From positions 69,750,001-69,814,000 of the forward strand of contig NW_027362761.1 in assembly GCF_046119375.1 (NCBI RefSeq): a DNA stretch of 64,000 bases. Reading direction: 5' to 3'. The notes under the pieces are model-generated. The model did not search any database and had not been told where the DNA came from. It was given only the letters and a program-made list of their open reading frames with translations. This DNA comes from Phyllobates terribilis (taxonomy: Eukaryota). The position numbers and the translations under genes are program-made. Within the stretch, counting starts at the first letter, position 1, and each line of letters starts with the position of its first letter. Shown here in pieces: positions 1-62,313 of this stretch.

Positions 1-917
1 ACTGGTGACCTCACGTTTCAGGGAGGTGTAGTGTTTGTTTCGGGGGTGGAGCTGGTCTTTGTTCACCCTGCTTGCCATGTTCTCTCCTTTTTTAGTGCAC
101 ACTGACAGTGTGCTTTCTTGCCAGCTTGTCAGTTTTCTTTACAGCCAAAGTATGAGTGCAATGTCAATTGACAACGTGCGGATGCTCAGTAGAGTGTTGC
201 TAGCCCAGCCCCTGAAATTGACATCACTGATGACACTTTGTTTCAGGCTGGGGACAGCAGCTGTAGCAGTGACTGCAGCTCTGGCCCCCTGATGACATCC
301 TGTTTCAGTATTCCAGTATGCACTGGAGATTCTCAAACGAATCATCATCTGATGTTAAAGAAAAAACAGCAGACAGACAGGAAGTTAGAGTAGAGGGGGT
401 ATGGTAATGAATTTTTAATTTAATTATATTAGAAAGGTGATTATTAAATAGACATTTAGTATAAGAGTCACTTTTGCTTTCGGACCATTCCTTTAACTTT
501 ATTCTTCATACATTGTGGTGTTAGTATCTACATAAAATACAGAAATCCCCATGCATGCATGCCACTATTTTAGCGGTTGAAGTCAGTCAGGGGACCTGAC
601 AGTTTCCCTTTAAAAAATAATTTTTTACTGATAAGCATATAGCGTTGCTTGGGCTGAAGTTAGCTTCAGTAAGATTTGTCACATATGACCTGTGTACGCA
701 TTGACTGCCAATATGCGAATGTTTATTTCTACAGTTCAGTACCTTGTATCATGCTGAAACTCCGGAGGGCTCATATATAAAAGCTAGTGCTGCAAAGTCA
801 GCAACCGATCAGATGACTTCTTCTGTTTGCCAACCTGTCTTGGGAAAATAAGAGCATCAATCTGATGGAAGTTCTTTTCTTAAATGGAGATTTTATTATG
901 TTTTTTATTTTTTACAG

Positions 918-52236
<51,319 letters not shown>

Positions 52237-52566
52237 GTAAACGCCTTTGTTTCTATACATATTTTAGAGTTTCTACTATTGTACTTGGTTTGAAAGAACG
52301 CTGCCAGTTACACTTGCAAACCCACAAGAGTTAACATTATTCTACTCCCCAACCAATATTTTCCCTTTATTTGTCCTGTCCTTGACTCTGTCTGCATGTA
52401 TAATATACTAATGTCCACGTACAAGTTAGGTACATACAAACCCGGTGCTTCACCTATACTTACCACATGGCTGAAAATTGAAATACAAAATTACAGCATT
52501 TTACAGTAAAACCATGTGCAGTTACTCCTGTGTGGTTCACAGCTACATGGCTAAAACCACTACATA

Positions 52567-53411
52567 CAGCCATGGCCAAAAGTGTTGGCACCCTTGAAAT
52601 TGTTCCAGAAAATAAAGTATTTCTCCCAGAACACTATTGCAATTACTCATGTTTATTTTATTTGTGTGTATTGGAACAGCACAAAAAAAAAAAACAGATG
52701 GGAGAAAAAAAGGATCATTTCGCAAAACCCCAAAAATGGGCTCGACAAAATTGTTGGTACATTTCCAAAGTTATGGTTAAATACCTTTGAACGAGCATCA
52801 CATGCTTGAAGCAAACTCACCTGTGACAAGTAACAGGTGTGGGCAATATGAAAATCACACCTGAAATGATTTGTGTCGCATTGTAGTGCCCAGTGTCAGA
52901 AAGCTGGGTTTGCGTCATGGGTCTTTCAGCAGAACAATGACCCCAAGCATACTTCAACAAGCACCCAGAAATGGATGGAAACAAAGAGCTGGAGAGTTCT
53001 GAAGTGGCCAGCAATGTGTCCGGATCTAAATCCCATTGAACACCTGTGGAGAGATCTTAAAATTGCTGTTGGGAGAAGGCGCCTTCAAATATGAGAGACC
53101 TGGGGCAGTTTGCAAAAGAAGAGTGGTCCAAAATTCCAGCTGAGAGGTGTAAGAAGCTTGTAGATGGTTATAGGAAGCAATTGATTGCAGTTATATATTC
53201 CAAAGGGTGTGCAACAAACAAATTTATCCTGCCCATTTTAGAGTTTTGTGTGAAATTATGTCCAATTTGCCTTTTTTTTCTCCTGAGTTGTTTTTGTATT
53301 TGTTCCAAATAAACACAATGAAAAGAAACGTGTTATTGCAATAATTTTCTGGGAGAAATACTTCATTTTCTGGAACAATTTCAAGGGTGCCAACACTTTA
53401 GCCCATGACTT
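52567..53411 (+). mobile_element. Internally deleted Tc1-like element (845 bp)
   Basis: TIR CAGCCATGGCCAAAAGTGTTGGCACCCTTGAAATTGTTCCAGAAAAT at both ends, TA flanks; only the C-terminal transposase remains (FQQNNDPKH...CPDLNPIEHLW...KGCAT). Confidence 0.9.
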
Positions 53412-54065
53412 TATATAGGCAACCTAAAACCACTGACCAGTGAAGTGAATATCGCTGATTATCTTGTGACAATGGCAAAAAAAATGATCAGTAATGGATT
53501 GAGGATTACACAAAAGAGTTCAGTATCCTGACTTGGCCTCCAAATTCCCCAGACCTAAATTTGATTGAGCATTTGTAGAATGTGCTGGAAAAAGTCACTT
53601 CCATGGAGACAGTTAAGCAAGTTGAATATGAAATGATCTCTAAAAGGCCTAAAGTTAAAGATGACACATTTTCTTGTACTTTAGGAAAAAAAAATATATA
53701 TATAGTCGACTTTCACATCTTAAAAATTACAAAAAAGAAAATGGGCTGATGCAAAAGTTTGGGCACCCTGCATGGCTTGTACCTAGTAGCACCCCCCTTT
53801 GAAAGTAGCCCAGCTTGTAAACACTTTTTGTAGCCAGACTAGAGTCTTTCAATTCTTGTTTGAGGGATTTTCATCCATTCTTCCTTGGAAAATTCTTCCA
53901 GTTCTGTGAGATTCCTGGGTCGTCTTGCATGCACTGCTATTGTGAGGTCTAGCCACAGATTTTCAATAATGTTCAGATCAGGGGACTGTGAGGGCCATTG
54001 TAAAACCTTCAGCTTGCACCTTTTGAGGTAGTCTATTGTGGTTTTTGACGTGTGTTTAGGATTAT

Positions 54066-54268
54066 TATTGATGATCGAGTATATTTCATTAACCCTTTCC
54101 GGCAAGCATGGCAGCGAGACACGGCTGTTAGACAGCTGTGACATATGCAGAGCTTGCCTGTCCGTCAGTCAATCTCTGCATGTGTCACAGCTGTCTAACC
54201 GAAATACTCGGTGAGCACCTGAGCATGCTCGCCGGAAAGTGTTAATGAAACATACTCAATCATCACTA
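54066..54268. mobile_element. hAT-type MITE inserted in the Tc1-A transposase
   Basis: TATTGATGATCGAG ... CTCAATCATCACTA; splits the QMDNDPKH-coding sequence. Confidence 0.82.
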
Positions 54269-56011
54269 ATCATTCTCCATTTGTAGAAACAATCCTCTTT
54301 TCATCTTTAACTTTTTTACCGATGGTGTTATGTTTGCATCAAGAATTTGTTGAGATTTCATTAAATCCATCCTTCCCTCTACCCATGAAATGTTCTCCAT
54401 GCCATTGGCTGCAACACAACCCAAAGCATGATTGATCCACCCCCATGCTTAATGGTTGGTGAGATGTTCTTTTCCTGAAATTCTGTGGACTTTTTTCTCC
54501 ACACATACCTTTGATCATTGTGGCCAAAGAATTCTATTTTAACCTCATCGGTCCGCACAACTTGTTTCCAAAATGTATCAGGCTTGTTTTGATGTTTTGC
54601 ATACTTCTTACTTGAATTTTATGGTAAGTATGCCGAAGAATTTTTCTTCTGATGACTCTTCCATGAAGGCCATATGTTTGTGCAGGTGTCTCTGAACAGT
54701 AAAACAATGTGTCATAATTGCAGAGTCTGCTAAATCTTTCTGAAGGTCTTTTGCAGTCAAGCAGGGGTTGACTGCCTCTCTAGCAATCCTACAAGTAGCT
54801 CTCAGTGAAATTTTGCTTGGTCTTCCAGACCTTATCTTGATCTCCACTGTTCCTGTTAACTGCCATTTCTTAATTACATTTCGAACTGAGGAAAGGGCAA
54901 CTTGAAAATGCTTCGCTAACTTCTTATAGCCTTCTGCTTTGTGGGCCTCCACCATTTTCATTTTCGGAGTGCTAGGCAGCTGCTTAGAAGAACCCATGGC
55001 TGTTGTTTTCTGGCACAAGGTTAGAGGAGGCTGGGTTTTTATAAAGCTGGGAAATTTGCATCATCTGGCCTTTCCTAACGATGATAGTGAAAAAGCCATA
55101 ACCCTAACAGGATAAATTAAGGTCTGAAACCTTGGTCAGGGTTATCTGAGTACACAAATCTCCAAGGGTGCCCAAACTTTTGCATCCGGCCATTTTCCTT
55201 TTTGTAATTTTTAAAATGTAAATTTATAATATATATACATATATAGCTCTGACAAAAATTAAGAGACAACTGCTAAATTTTCATTTTCTCAGATTTTTCT
55301 CTTTATAGGTATATTTTTGAGTAAAATGTACATTGTTGTTTTATTCTATAAACTACTGACATGTCTCCGAAATTCGAAGCTAAAAATTTTGTATTTATTT
55401 GCAGCAAATGAGAAATCGTCAAAATAATAAAAAAGAAACAGTACTCTCAGACCTCAAATAATGCAAAGAAAACAAGTTCTTTTTCATTTAGAAACAATAA
55501 TACTCATGTTTTAACTCGGGAAGAGTTCAGAAATAAAAAAAAAATCAATATTTGGTGGAATAACCATGATTTTTAATCATAGCTTTCATGCGTCTTGGCA
55601 TGCTTTCCACCAGTCTTTCACACTGCTTTTGGGTGACCTTATGCCACTCCTGGCACAAAAATGTAAGCAGTTCTTCTTTGTTTGATGGCTTGTGACTCTC
55701 CATCTTCCTCTTGATTACATTCCAGAAGTTTTCAATGGGGTTCAGATCTGGAGATTGGGCTGGCCATGACAGGGTCTTGATGTGGTGCTCCTTCATCCAC
55801 ACATTGATTGACCTAGCTGTGTGGCATGGGGCATTGTCCTGCTGGAAAAAACAGTCCTCAGAGTTGGGGAACATTGCCTGAGCAGAAGGAAGCAAGTGTT
55901 TTTCAAGGATAAGCTTCTATGCTTGTTGATTCATACGTCCTTCGCAAAGATTAACCTGCCCAATTCCAGCCTTGTTGAAGCATCCCCAGATCATCACCGA
56001 TCCTCCACCAA

Positions 56012-56445
56012 TGTTATGATCTGCAACATGTACTAAGGAAAGATAGGGGAAAGCTGTCCCTACAGTAAGACTAAGCTGAATCCCTATGATGTAGCGGGCT
56101 GCCTGTTCCTATTGAACAGACCCGCCTTAGTCCTCGGCTAGTCTGAACGAAGACCTATAGAATTAAGGGAGGGGTCCCTAAAAGAACTAAGGACTGGGAC
56201 AAAAAATGGGACACCTCCTAAACAGAAGTTGTTGTAGAACACAAAATGACAAACTGACAAAAATGTACTAGAGGTCCCAGAGGACCAAGCGAACTTGACA
56301 GAGAAAGGCAGCAAAGCACCAGGCTAGAGAAACAGTCAAACACTGAAGTCCAGCACAGCCACAAGGGCGGAGCTGGAATATAAAGGCAGATGGTCACGTG
56401 ACCGCAAAACACAAGATGGGAAAAATAAACAGGAGGGTTCTAACA
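56012..56445 (-). repeat. 3' LTR (434 bp)
   Basis: About 98% identical to 60556-60991 (8 substitutions and one 2-bp indel by eye). Confidence 0.97.
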
Positions 56446-56457
56446 GTACCCCCTCTT

Positions 56458-59400
56458 TTATGAGCATCCTCCGGATCCTCCAGGCCCAGGCCTATCCGGA
56501 AACCTCCTGTGGAAAGCTTTAACAAGCCTAGGAGCAGAGACCTCATCCGTCCTTACCCAGGAGTTGTCTTTGGGACCGAAACCCTTCCAGGAGACAAGAT
56601 ACTGTAATCTCCCTCTATGCCATCTAGAATTCAAGATACGAGAAATTTCATATTCGCTGTCTTCCACAACAGGAGGAACTGTGACAGTAGCGTCCCTATC
56701 AGATACATCAGCCTTTTTCAACAAGGAAACCTGAAACACAGGATTAATCTTCCAGGAAGTAGGGACATCCAACCTAACAGCAGACTGGTTAACAACCTGA
56801 AGCACTTTAAATGGACCCACAAACTTAGGACCCAGTTTTTTAGAGGGAATCCTCAACCGCAGGTTCTTCGAAGACAACCAAACCATGTCACCCACAGTAA
56901 ACAAAACCTCCTTACGTTTCCTGTCAAAATACTTCTTGGACTTCTTGTTAGCCTCTTGAAGGTTGCAACGTACATTAGTCCAAACTCTCTCCAAATCACC
57001 GGAAAAATTCTCCTCCTCCGGCACCGCCGACCCCAATTTGGAGAAGGAACCAAAAGACGGATGTCTCCTAGTACAACAAAAAAAAGGAGAACACCCAGCA
57101 GAGGAGGATGTATGATTGTTAAGAGCTAATTCTGCGAGAGGCAGAAACTCAGACCACACCTCTTGATTGTCCGCCACAAAACAACGCAAAAACTGTTCTA
57201 CATCCTAGTTCTTTCTTTCAGTCTGTCCATTAGACTCAGGATGATAACCAGACGAAAATGACAAAAGGACTCCCAACCTGTTACAAAAAGCACGCCAAAA
57301 GCGAGCCACAAACTGAGGTCCTCTATCAGAAACCATATCCGTGGGAATGCCATGGAGCTTGACAATCTCCTTAACAAACGCCTTAGCGAGTGTCTTGGCG
57401 CAGGGCAACTTAATGAATGGAACCAAATAAAACATCTTACTAAAACGGTCCACGACCACCCAGATGACAGTAAAACCCTTGGACACAGGAAGATCAGCAA
57501 TAAAATCCATAGTGAGATGCGCACTAGGAACCTCCAGAGGGCAAAGCAGCCCCGCAGCAGGAGTATGTGAAGCCTTTGACCTAGCACACACAGTACACTG
57601 ACGCACCCACTTGATGACTTCCTTCTGCCATCCAGGCCACCAAAAACTGCGACTGATAAGTCTCTTAGTCTCCAAAATTCCTGGATGACCTGCCAACCGA
57701 GACTCATGACACTCCACAAACAAATCTCTCCTAAAGGCTCTAGGCACGAACAACCTCCCATGGGGAGTGTTAGATGGAGCATCATCCTGAGCTTTCAGAA
57801 TCCCATTCTCCAAAACGGAGTCCAATGCCGCCACCACAACTCCTTTCTGTAAAATACTCTCCTCCTCCTCAGCACCGACCGTAGCAGAGAAGCTGCGAGA
57901 TAAAGCATCGGCTTTAACATTCTTAGTACCAGGGATATAGGTAACAGAAAAATGAAACCGAGAAAAAAAAGTGCCCACCTAGCTTGACGGGCATTCAAGC
58001 GCTTAGCAGCATCCAGATAGATCAAATTCTTATTATCTGTGAAAACCTAAATAGGAAATCTAGCGCTTTCCAAAAAATGACGCCTATGTTCAAACGCAAG
58101 TTTAATAGCCAGCAACTCCCGATTTCCAACATCATAATTCAGTTCGGGTTCCGAAATTTTTTTAGAAAATAAGGCACAAGGATGTACTCCACCCTTGTTC
58201 TCCTGAGACAAAACTGCTTCGACCCCCACCGATGAAGCATCGACCTCGACCAAAAAAGGCTTTGTCTCATCAGGCTGCATAAGGATAGGGGCATAACTGA
58301 ACCTCTCTTTGAGATACTCAAACGCTTCAATGTCCTCAGTAGTCCACTGGGCCGTATTCGCACCTTTCCTGGTGAGATCGGTTAGAGGTTTAACAATTGC
58401 AGAAAAATTCTTAATGAATTTCCTGTAATAATTGGCAAAACCCAAAAATCTCTGTATAGATTTCAAACCAATAGGCCTAGGCCATTCCTGCACAGCCTGA
58501 ACCTTCACCGGGTCCATCTCAAAGCCCTCGCTGGAGACAATGTAGCCCAAAAAACTAATTTTCTGCACAGCGAACTCACATTTTGTCCAGCTTAGCAAAG
58601 AGTGAATTATCACTCAATAACTGCAAAACTTCACGTACACTCTGCCAATGGGACTCTAGATCTGGTGAGTAAATCAAAATGTCATCCAAATACAAAACCA
58701 CATTCTTACCAATCAAATGTCTCAGGATGTCATTAATAAGGTTATGAAAAAATGCAGGTGCATTGGTAAGACCAAAAGGCATCACCAGATTCTCAGAATG
58801 ACCTACCGGAATGTTAAAAGCAGTTTTCCATTCATCACCCTCCTTCACTCATAACAAATTGTATGCCCCCCGGAGGTCAATTTTGGAGAACCACTTGGCC
58901 CCCACTAACTGGTTAAACAAGTCAGGAGTTAACGGCAATGGGTAGGAATTGCGTACGGTAATCTTATTAATTTCACGAAACTCCAGACATGGACTTAAAC
59001 CGCCGTCCTTTTTTTTTTGACAAAGAAAAATCCAACTGCCACAGGCGACTTAGAAGGTCTAATGTGACCAGCAGCCAGGCTAGTCTGTAAGTATTCCTCC
59101 AAGGCCTTTCTTTCAGGGATAGTCAGATTAAACAAGCGACTCTTGGGAAGAGTAGCTCCCGGAACAAACTCAATGGCGCAATCATAATCCCTATGAGGAG
59201 ATAAAACTTGCGACTCCTCCTCCGAAAAAACCCTCCAAAAATCTTGAATAGGTACCGGTAATTCCCCTTTTTCCACAGCCGCAATGCGACCATTACAACA
59301 TTTATCATAGCACTTCGGACTCCAAGACTTAATCACATTAGTAGACCAGTCCAGCAAAGGATTGTGCAGTTTTAACCAAGGCAATCCTATAACAACTGGA

Positions 59401-59783
59401 GAGGGTAAATTATCTAAAACAACCAAGTCCAAAATTTCTTGGTGAACTCCATTCATAGTGAGGGGCAATGCAGCAGTCTTGTGAGTAATACATTTCAAAG
59501 GAGTGTTATCAATTTCAATCACAGAAATAGGTGATGACAAAGGTTTGGATTTCAATTTAAGGTTTTCCAAAAACCCTTTATTAATCACATTAAGTGTTGA
59601 ACCAAAATCCACAAATACCTGAAATTCAATCAAATCTCCCTGCAAAGTAGTACTCCCAGAGAGAAATACTCCTGCAGAGCGTAAACAAGCTATACGGGCG
59701 TAACTGACCTTTTTTTTTTCTTTACTTAAACGACGCTCACAATACTTAATCAAATGGTCAGCTTTACCACAATAAAGACACAA
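56458..59783 (-). pseudogene. Retrotransposon pol (protease, RT, RNase H, integrase, chromodomain), fragmented by frameshifts and stops
   Basis: VFVDFGS; [12 protein letters not shown]; YLDDILIYS; VEVDASSVGV; NYDVGNRELLAIK; HESRLAGHPG...CTVC; SDRGPQF; YEISRILNSRWHRGRLQYLVSWKGFGPKDNSW. Confidence 0.93.
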
Positions 59784-60508
59784 TCCCTCCAGTCTCTTTC
59801 CTGAGAGCGGAGTGACATCGCACCAACCTCCATCGGTTCTCCGCCGTCAGAGCAGATTTTCTGGGGACTAGGACCTGGCATTACAGGAGTCTTTACCTCA
59901 TTGAGCCTGCACCTCAGTCTCCTGTCTATACGAACAGCTAACTGCATAGCATCCTGCAGAGTCTCAGGTGCAGGGAATGCAATCAGCAAATCCTTAACCC
60001 TTTCACTCAGACTAGCAAGAAATAAACATCTCAGCGCAGGATCATTCCACTTAACTTCTGAAGCCTATCTCCTGAAGTGTGTGCAATAATTTTCAACATC
60101 ATCTGACCCCTGATTCAAACGCCTGAGTTCTGATTTAGCAGATGAGATTCGATCAGGATCGTCATATAATAGCCCCATAGCAGAAAAAAATTCTTCAACA
60201 GAACTTAAACATGGATCATTAGGCTGGAGAGAAAAGGCCCACCCCTGTGGTTCATTGCGCAAAAGTGACATAATAAAACCAATGCGCTGTGATTCATTCC
60301 CAGAGGACCTTGGTCTCAAACGAAAATATGACAAACAAGCATTTTTAAAGGAAAAAAAATCTTGCTGTTTACCATAAAAAACATCAGGCAGTCCTATCTT
60401 GGGTTCAACAAAATGTGCTCCAGAACAGCTACTCACGTGTTGCTGAACCTCGGCCACCTCCAGAGACAATCCCTGCAGGCGTTGAGCCAAATCCTGGATG
60501 GAAACCAT
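59750..60508 (-). pseudogene. Retrotransposon gag (capsid, followed by CCHC knuckle), with an internal stop
   Basis: EPKIGLPDVFYGK...FRLRPRSSGNESQRIGFIMSLL; CLYCGKADHLIKYC just downstream. Confidence 0.9.
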
Positions 60509-60555
60509 ACTGATCCCCGAATTTCTTTCCTTTTAGTTTTTTGGGCTGGACTTAC

Positions 60556-60991
60556 TGTTATGATCTGCAACATGTACTAAGGAAAGATAGGGGAAAGCTG
60601 TCCCTACAGTAAGACTAAGCTGAATCCCTATGATGTAGCGGGCTGCCTGTTCCTAGTGAACAGACCCACCTTAGTCCTCGGCTAGTCTGAACGAAGACCT
60701 ATAGAATTAAGGGAGGGGTCCCTAAAAGAACGAAGGACTGGGACAAAAAATGGGACACCTCCTAAACAGAGAAGTTGTTGTAGAACACAAAAAGACAAAC
60801 TGACAAAAATGTACTAGAGGTCCCAGAGGACCAAGCGAACTTGACAGAGAAAGGCACCAAAGCACCAGGCTAGAGAAACAGTCAAACACTGAAGTCCAGC
60901 ACAGCCACAAGGGCGGAGCTGGAATATAAAGGCAGATGGTCACGTGACCGCAAAACACAAGATGGAAAAAACAAACAGGAGGGTTCTGACA
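60556..60991 (-). repeat. 5' LTR (436 bp)
   Basis: Partner of 56012-56445; TATA-like TTTATATT at 60930-60923 on - strand. Confidence 0.97.
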
Positions 60992-62203
60992 ACCAAATTT
61001 CACATTGGGTGCAAGACATTGTGGCTTGTATGCCTCTCCAGGTCTCCGTCTAACCATTAGATGACCAGGTGTTGGGCAAAACTGAAAATTAGACTCATCA
61101 GAGAAGATTACCTTACTCCAGTCTTCTATGGTCCAATCCTTATGGTCTTTGGCAAACTTCAGCCTGGCTCTCCTTTGCTTCTCATTGATGAAAGGCTTTT
61201 TTCTAGCTTTACATGACTTGAGGCCTGCCTCTAGGAGCCTGTTACGAACTGTTCTTGCCGTGCACTTCACCCCAGCTGCCATTTGCCATTCCTTTTGTAG
61301 GTCACTTGATGTCATCCTGCGGTTGCTGAGTGACATTCGAATAAGATGACGGTCATCCCTGTCAGTGGCGAGTCGCTTTCGCCCTCTGCCGGTCTGTAGC
61401 TTTGTTGTCCCCAATGTCTGCTGCTTGATTCTGTTGTAATGGACTGCTGTCTTTGAAATTATAAGGATGGAGGCAACATGATGCACACTGTATCCCTCTG
61501 CTAGTAAAACCAGAATTGAGCCCTTCTTTTCCTCACTCAAGACTTTTATTTTCAACTCCTTTGGCATGGTTAAAAGTTATTTTTTCATTCAAATTACTTT
61601 TGGGCTATTCCTATCACTTGTTTTGCAATCCAGCTTGTCCTATTGCAAGAGGATTGTGAAGACCACAGCAGTGTTTTTTATACTTTCCCTCGTTACATAA
61701 GATTTGGTTCAGGTGATCACCTAATCAGAAGCACATTAAGTAGAATGAGGTGTATTTTGGTTGGAATTCAACTGACACTGGAATGGAATGGCTGTCAGAC
61801 ATGTAGAGATGGTGATTTTTAGAAAACTGTACAGTGGTCTCTTAATTTTTGCCAGAGCTGTTCATCTTTAACTTTAGGCGTTTTGGAAATCATTTCATCT
61901 TCAATTTGCTTAACCGTTCAGAAGAACAGTAATTTTGACCAGGGGTGCCCAAACTTTGTCACTGTGTCAGTGTATATGATCTGCTTCTAAAGTGTTAATA
62001 TTAGTGTCATCGCCACATAATGTGAGACGTTGTGCCTGTTCCAAATTACATTGTAAAATTCAAATACGTGCACGAAAGAACCACATCTGATACATTGAGC
62101 ATCAGGGCAGATCTGTTTTTATTAGATCATCGGTTAAGGTTTTTATCGCTTGTTAATAGTCATACATGGTAACAATATAATTGGCTCAGCTTATCTCTAC
62201 GTA

Positions 62204-62313
62204 CAGTACAGACCAAAAGTTTGGACACACCTTCTCATTTAAAGATTTTTCTTTATTTTCATGACTATGAAAATTGTACATTCACACTGAAGGCATCAAA
62301 ACTATGAATTAAC
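62204..62313. mobile_element. Left end of a Tc1-like element interrupted by an LTR
   Basis: TA|CAGTACAGACCAAAAGTTTGGACACACCTTCTCATT terminus. Confidence 0.8.

Larger units (their letters stand above)
56012..60991 (-). mobile_element. Ty3/Gypsy chromovirus (Tf1/sushi-like) LTR retrotransposon, full length, defective
   Basis: LTRs 60556-60991 (5') and 56012-56445 (3'), TG...CA; 5-bp TSD ACCAA; PPT AAGAGGGGGTAC at 56446-56457; gag-CCHC-PR-RT(YLDDILIYS)-RH-IN(HHCC, DDE)-chromodomain order. Confidence 0.97.
55545..61567 (-). pseudogene. Tc1-B DD34E transposase (~345 aa when the LTR element and one TSD copy are removed)
   Basis: MPKELKIKVLSEEKK...FSDESNF...VKFG|GGSVMIWGCF...QQDNAPCH-x-SPDLNPIENFW...HGYSTKY; one internal TAG at 55917-55919. 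Confidence 0.9.
55244..61860 (-). mobile_element. Tc1-B: short-TIR Tc1 element interrupted by an LTR retrotransposon
   Basis: TAGCTCTGACAAAAATTAAGAGAC ... GTCTCTTAATTTTTGCCAGAGCTG termini; transposase 61567-60992 plus 56006-55545. Confidence 0.92.
53611..61964 (-). mobile_element. Tc1-A: IR/DR Tc1 element hosting a hAT MITE and the Tc1-B/LTR insertion
   Basis: Left TIR ~53611-53770. Right TIR split into ~55160-55243 and ~61861-61964. Transposase fragments MGSSKQL...GYKKLAKHF (~54997 downward) and PKHTSK...[15 protein letters not shown] (to ~53775). Confidence 0.88.

Noticed and set aside
59750-60508. Domesticated PEG10/RTL1-like gene
   Set aside because: The gag is similar in type but lies between two ~98% identical LTRs with a TSD and has stops and frameshifts: an ordinary retrotransposon copy
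60722-60991. 281-aa ORF as a transposase-LTR fusion protein
   Set aside because: The tail after VKFG is chance read-through into the inserted LTR; it truncates the catalytic domain
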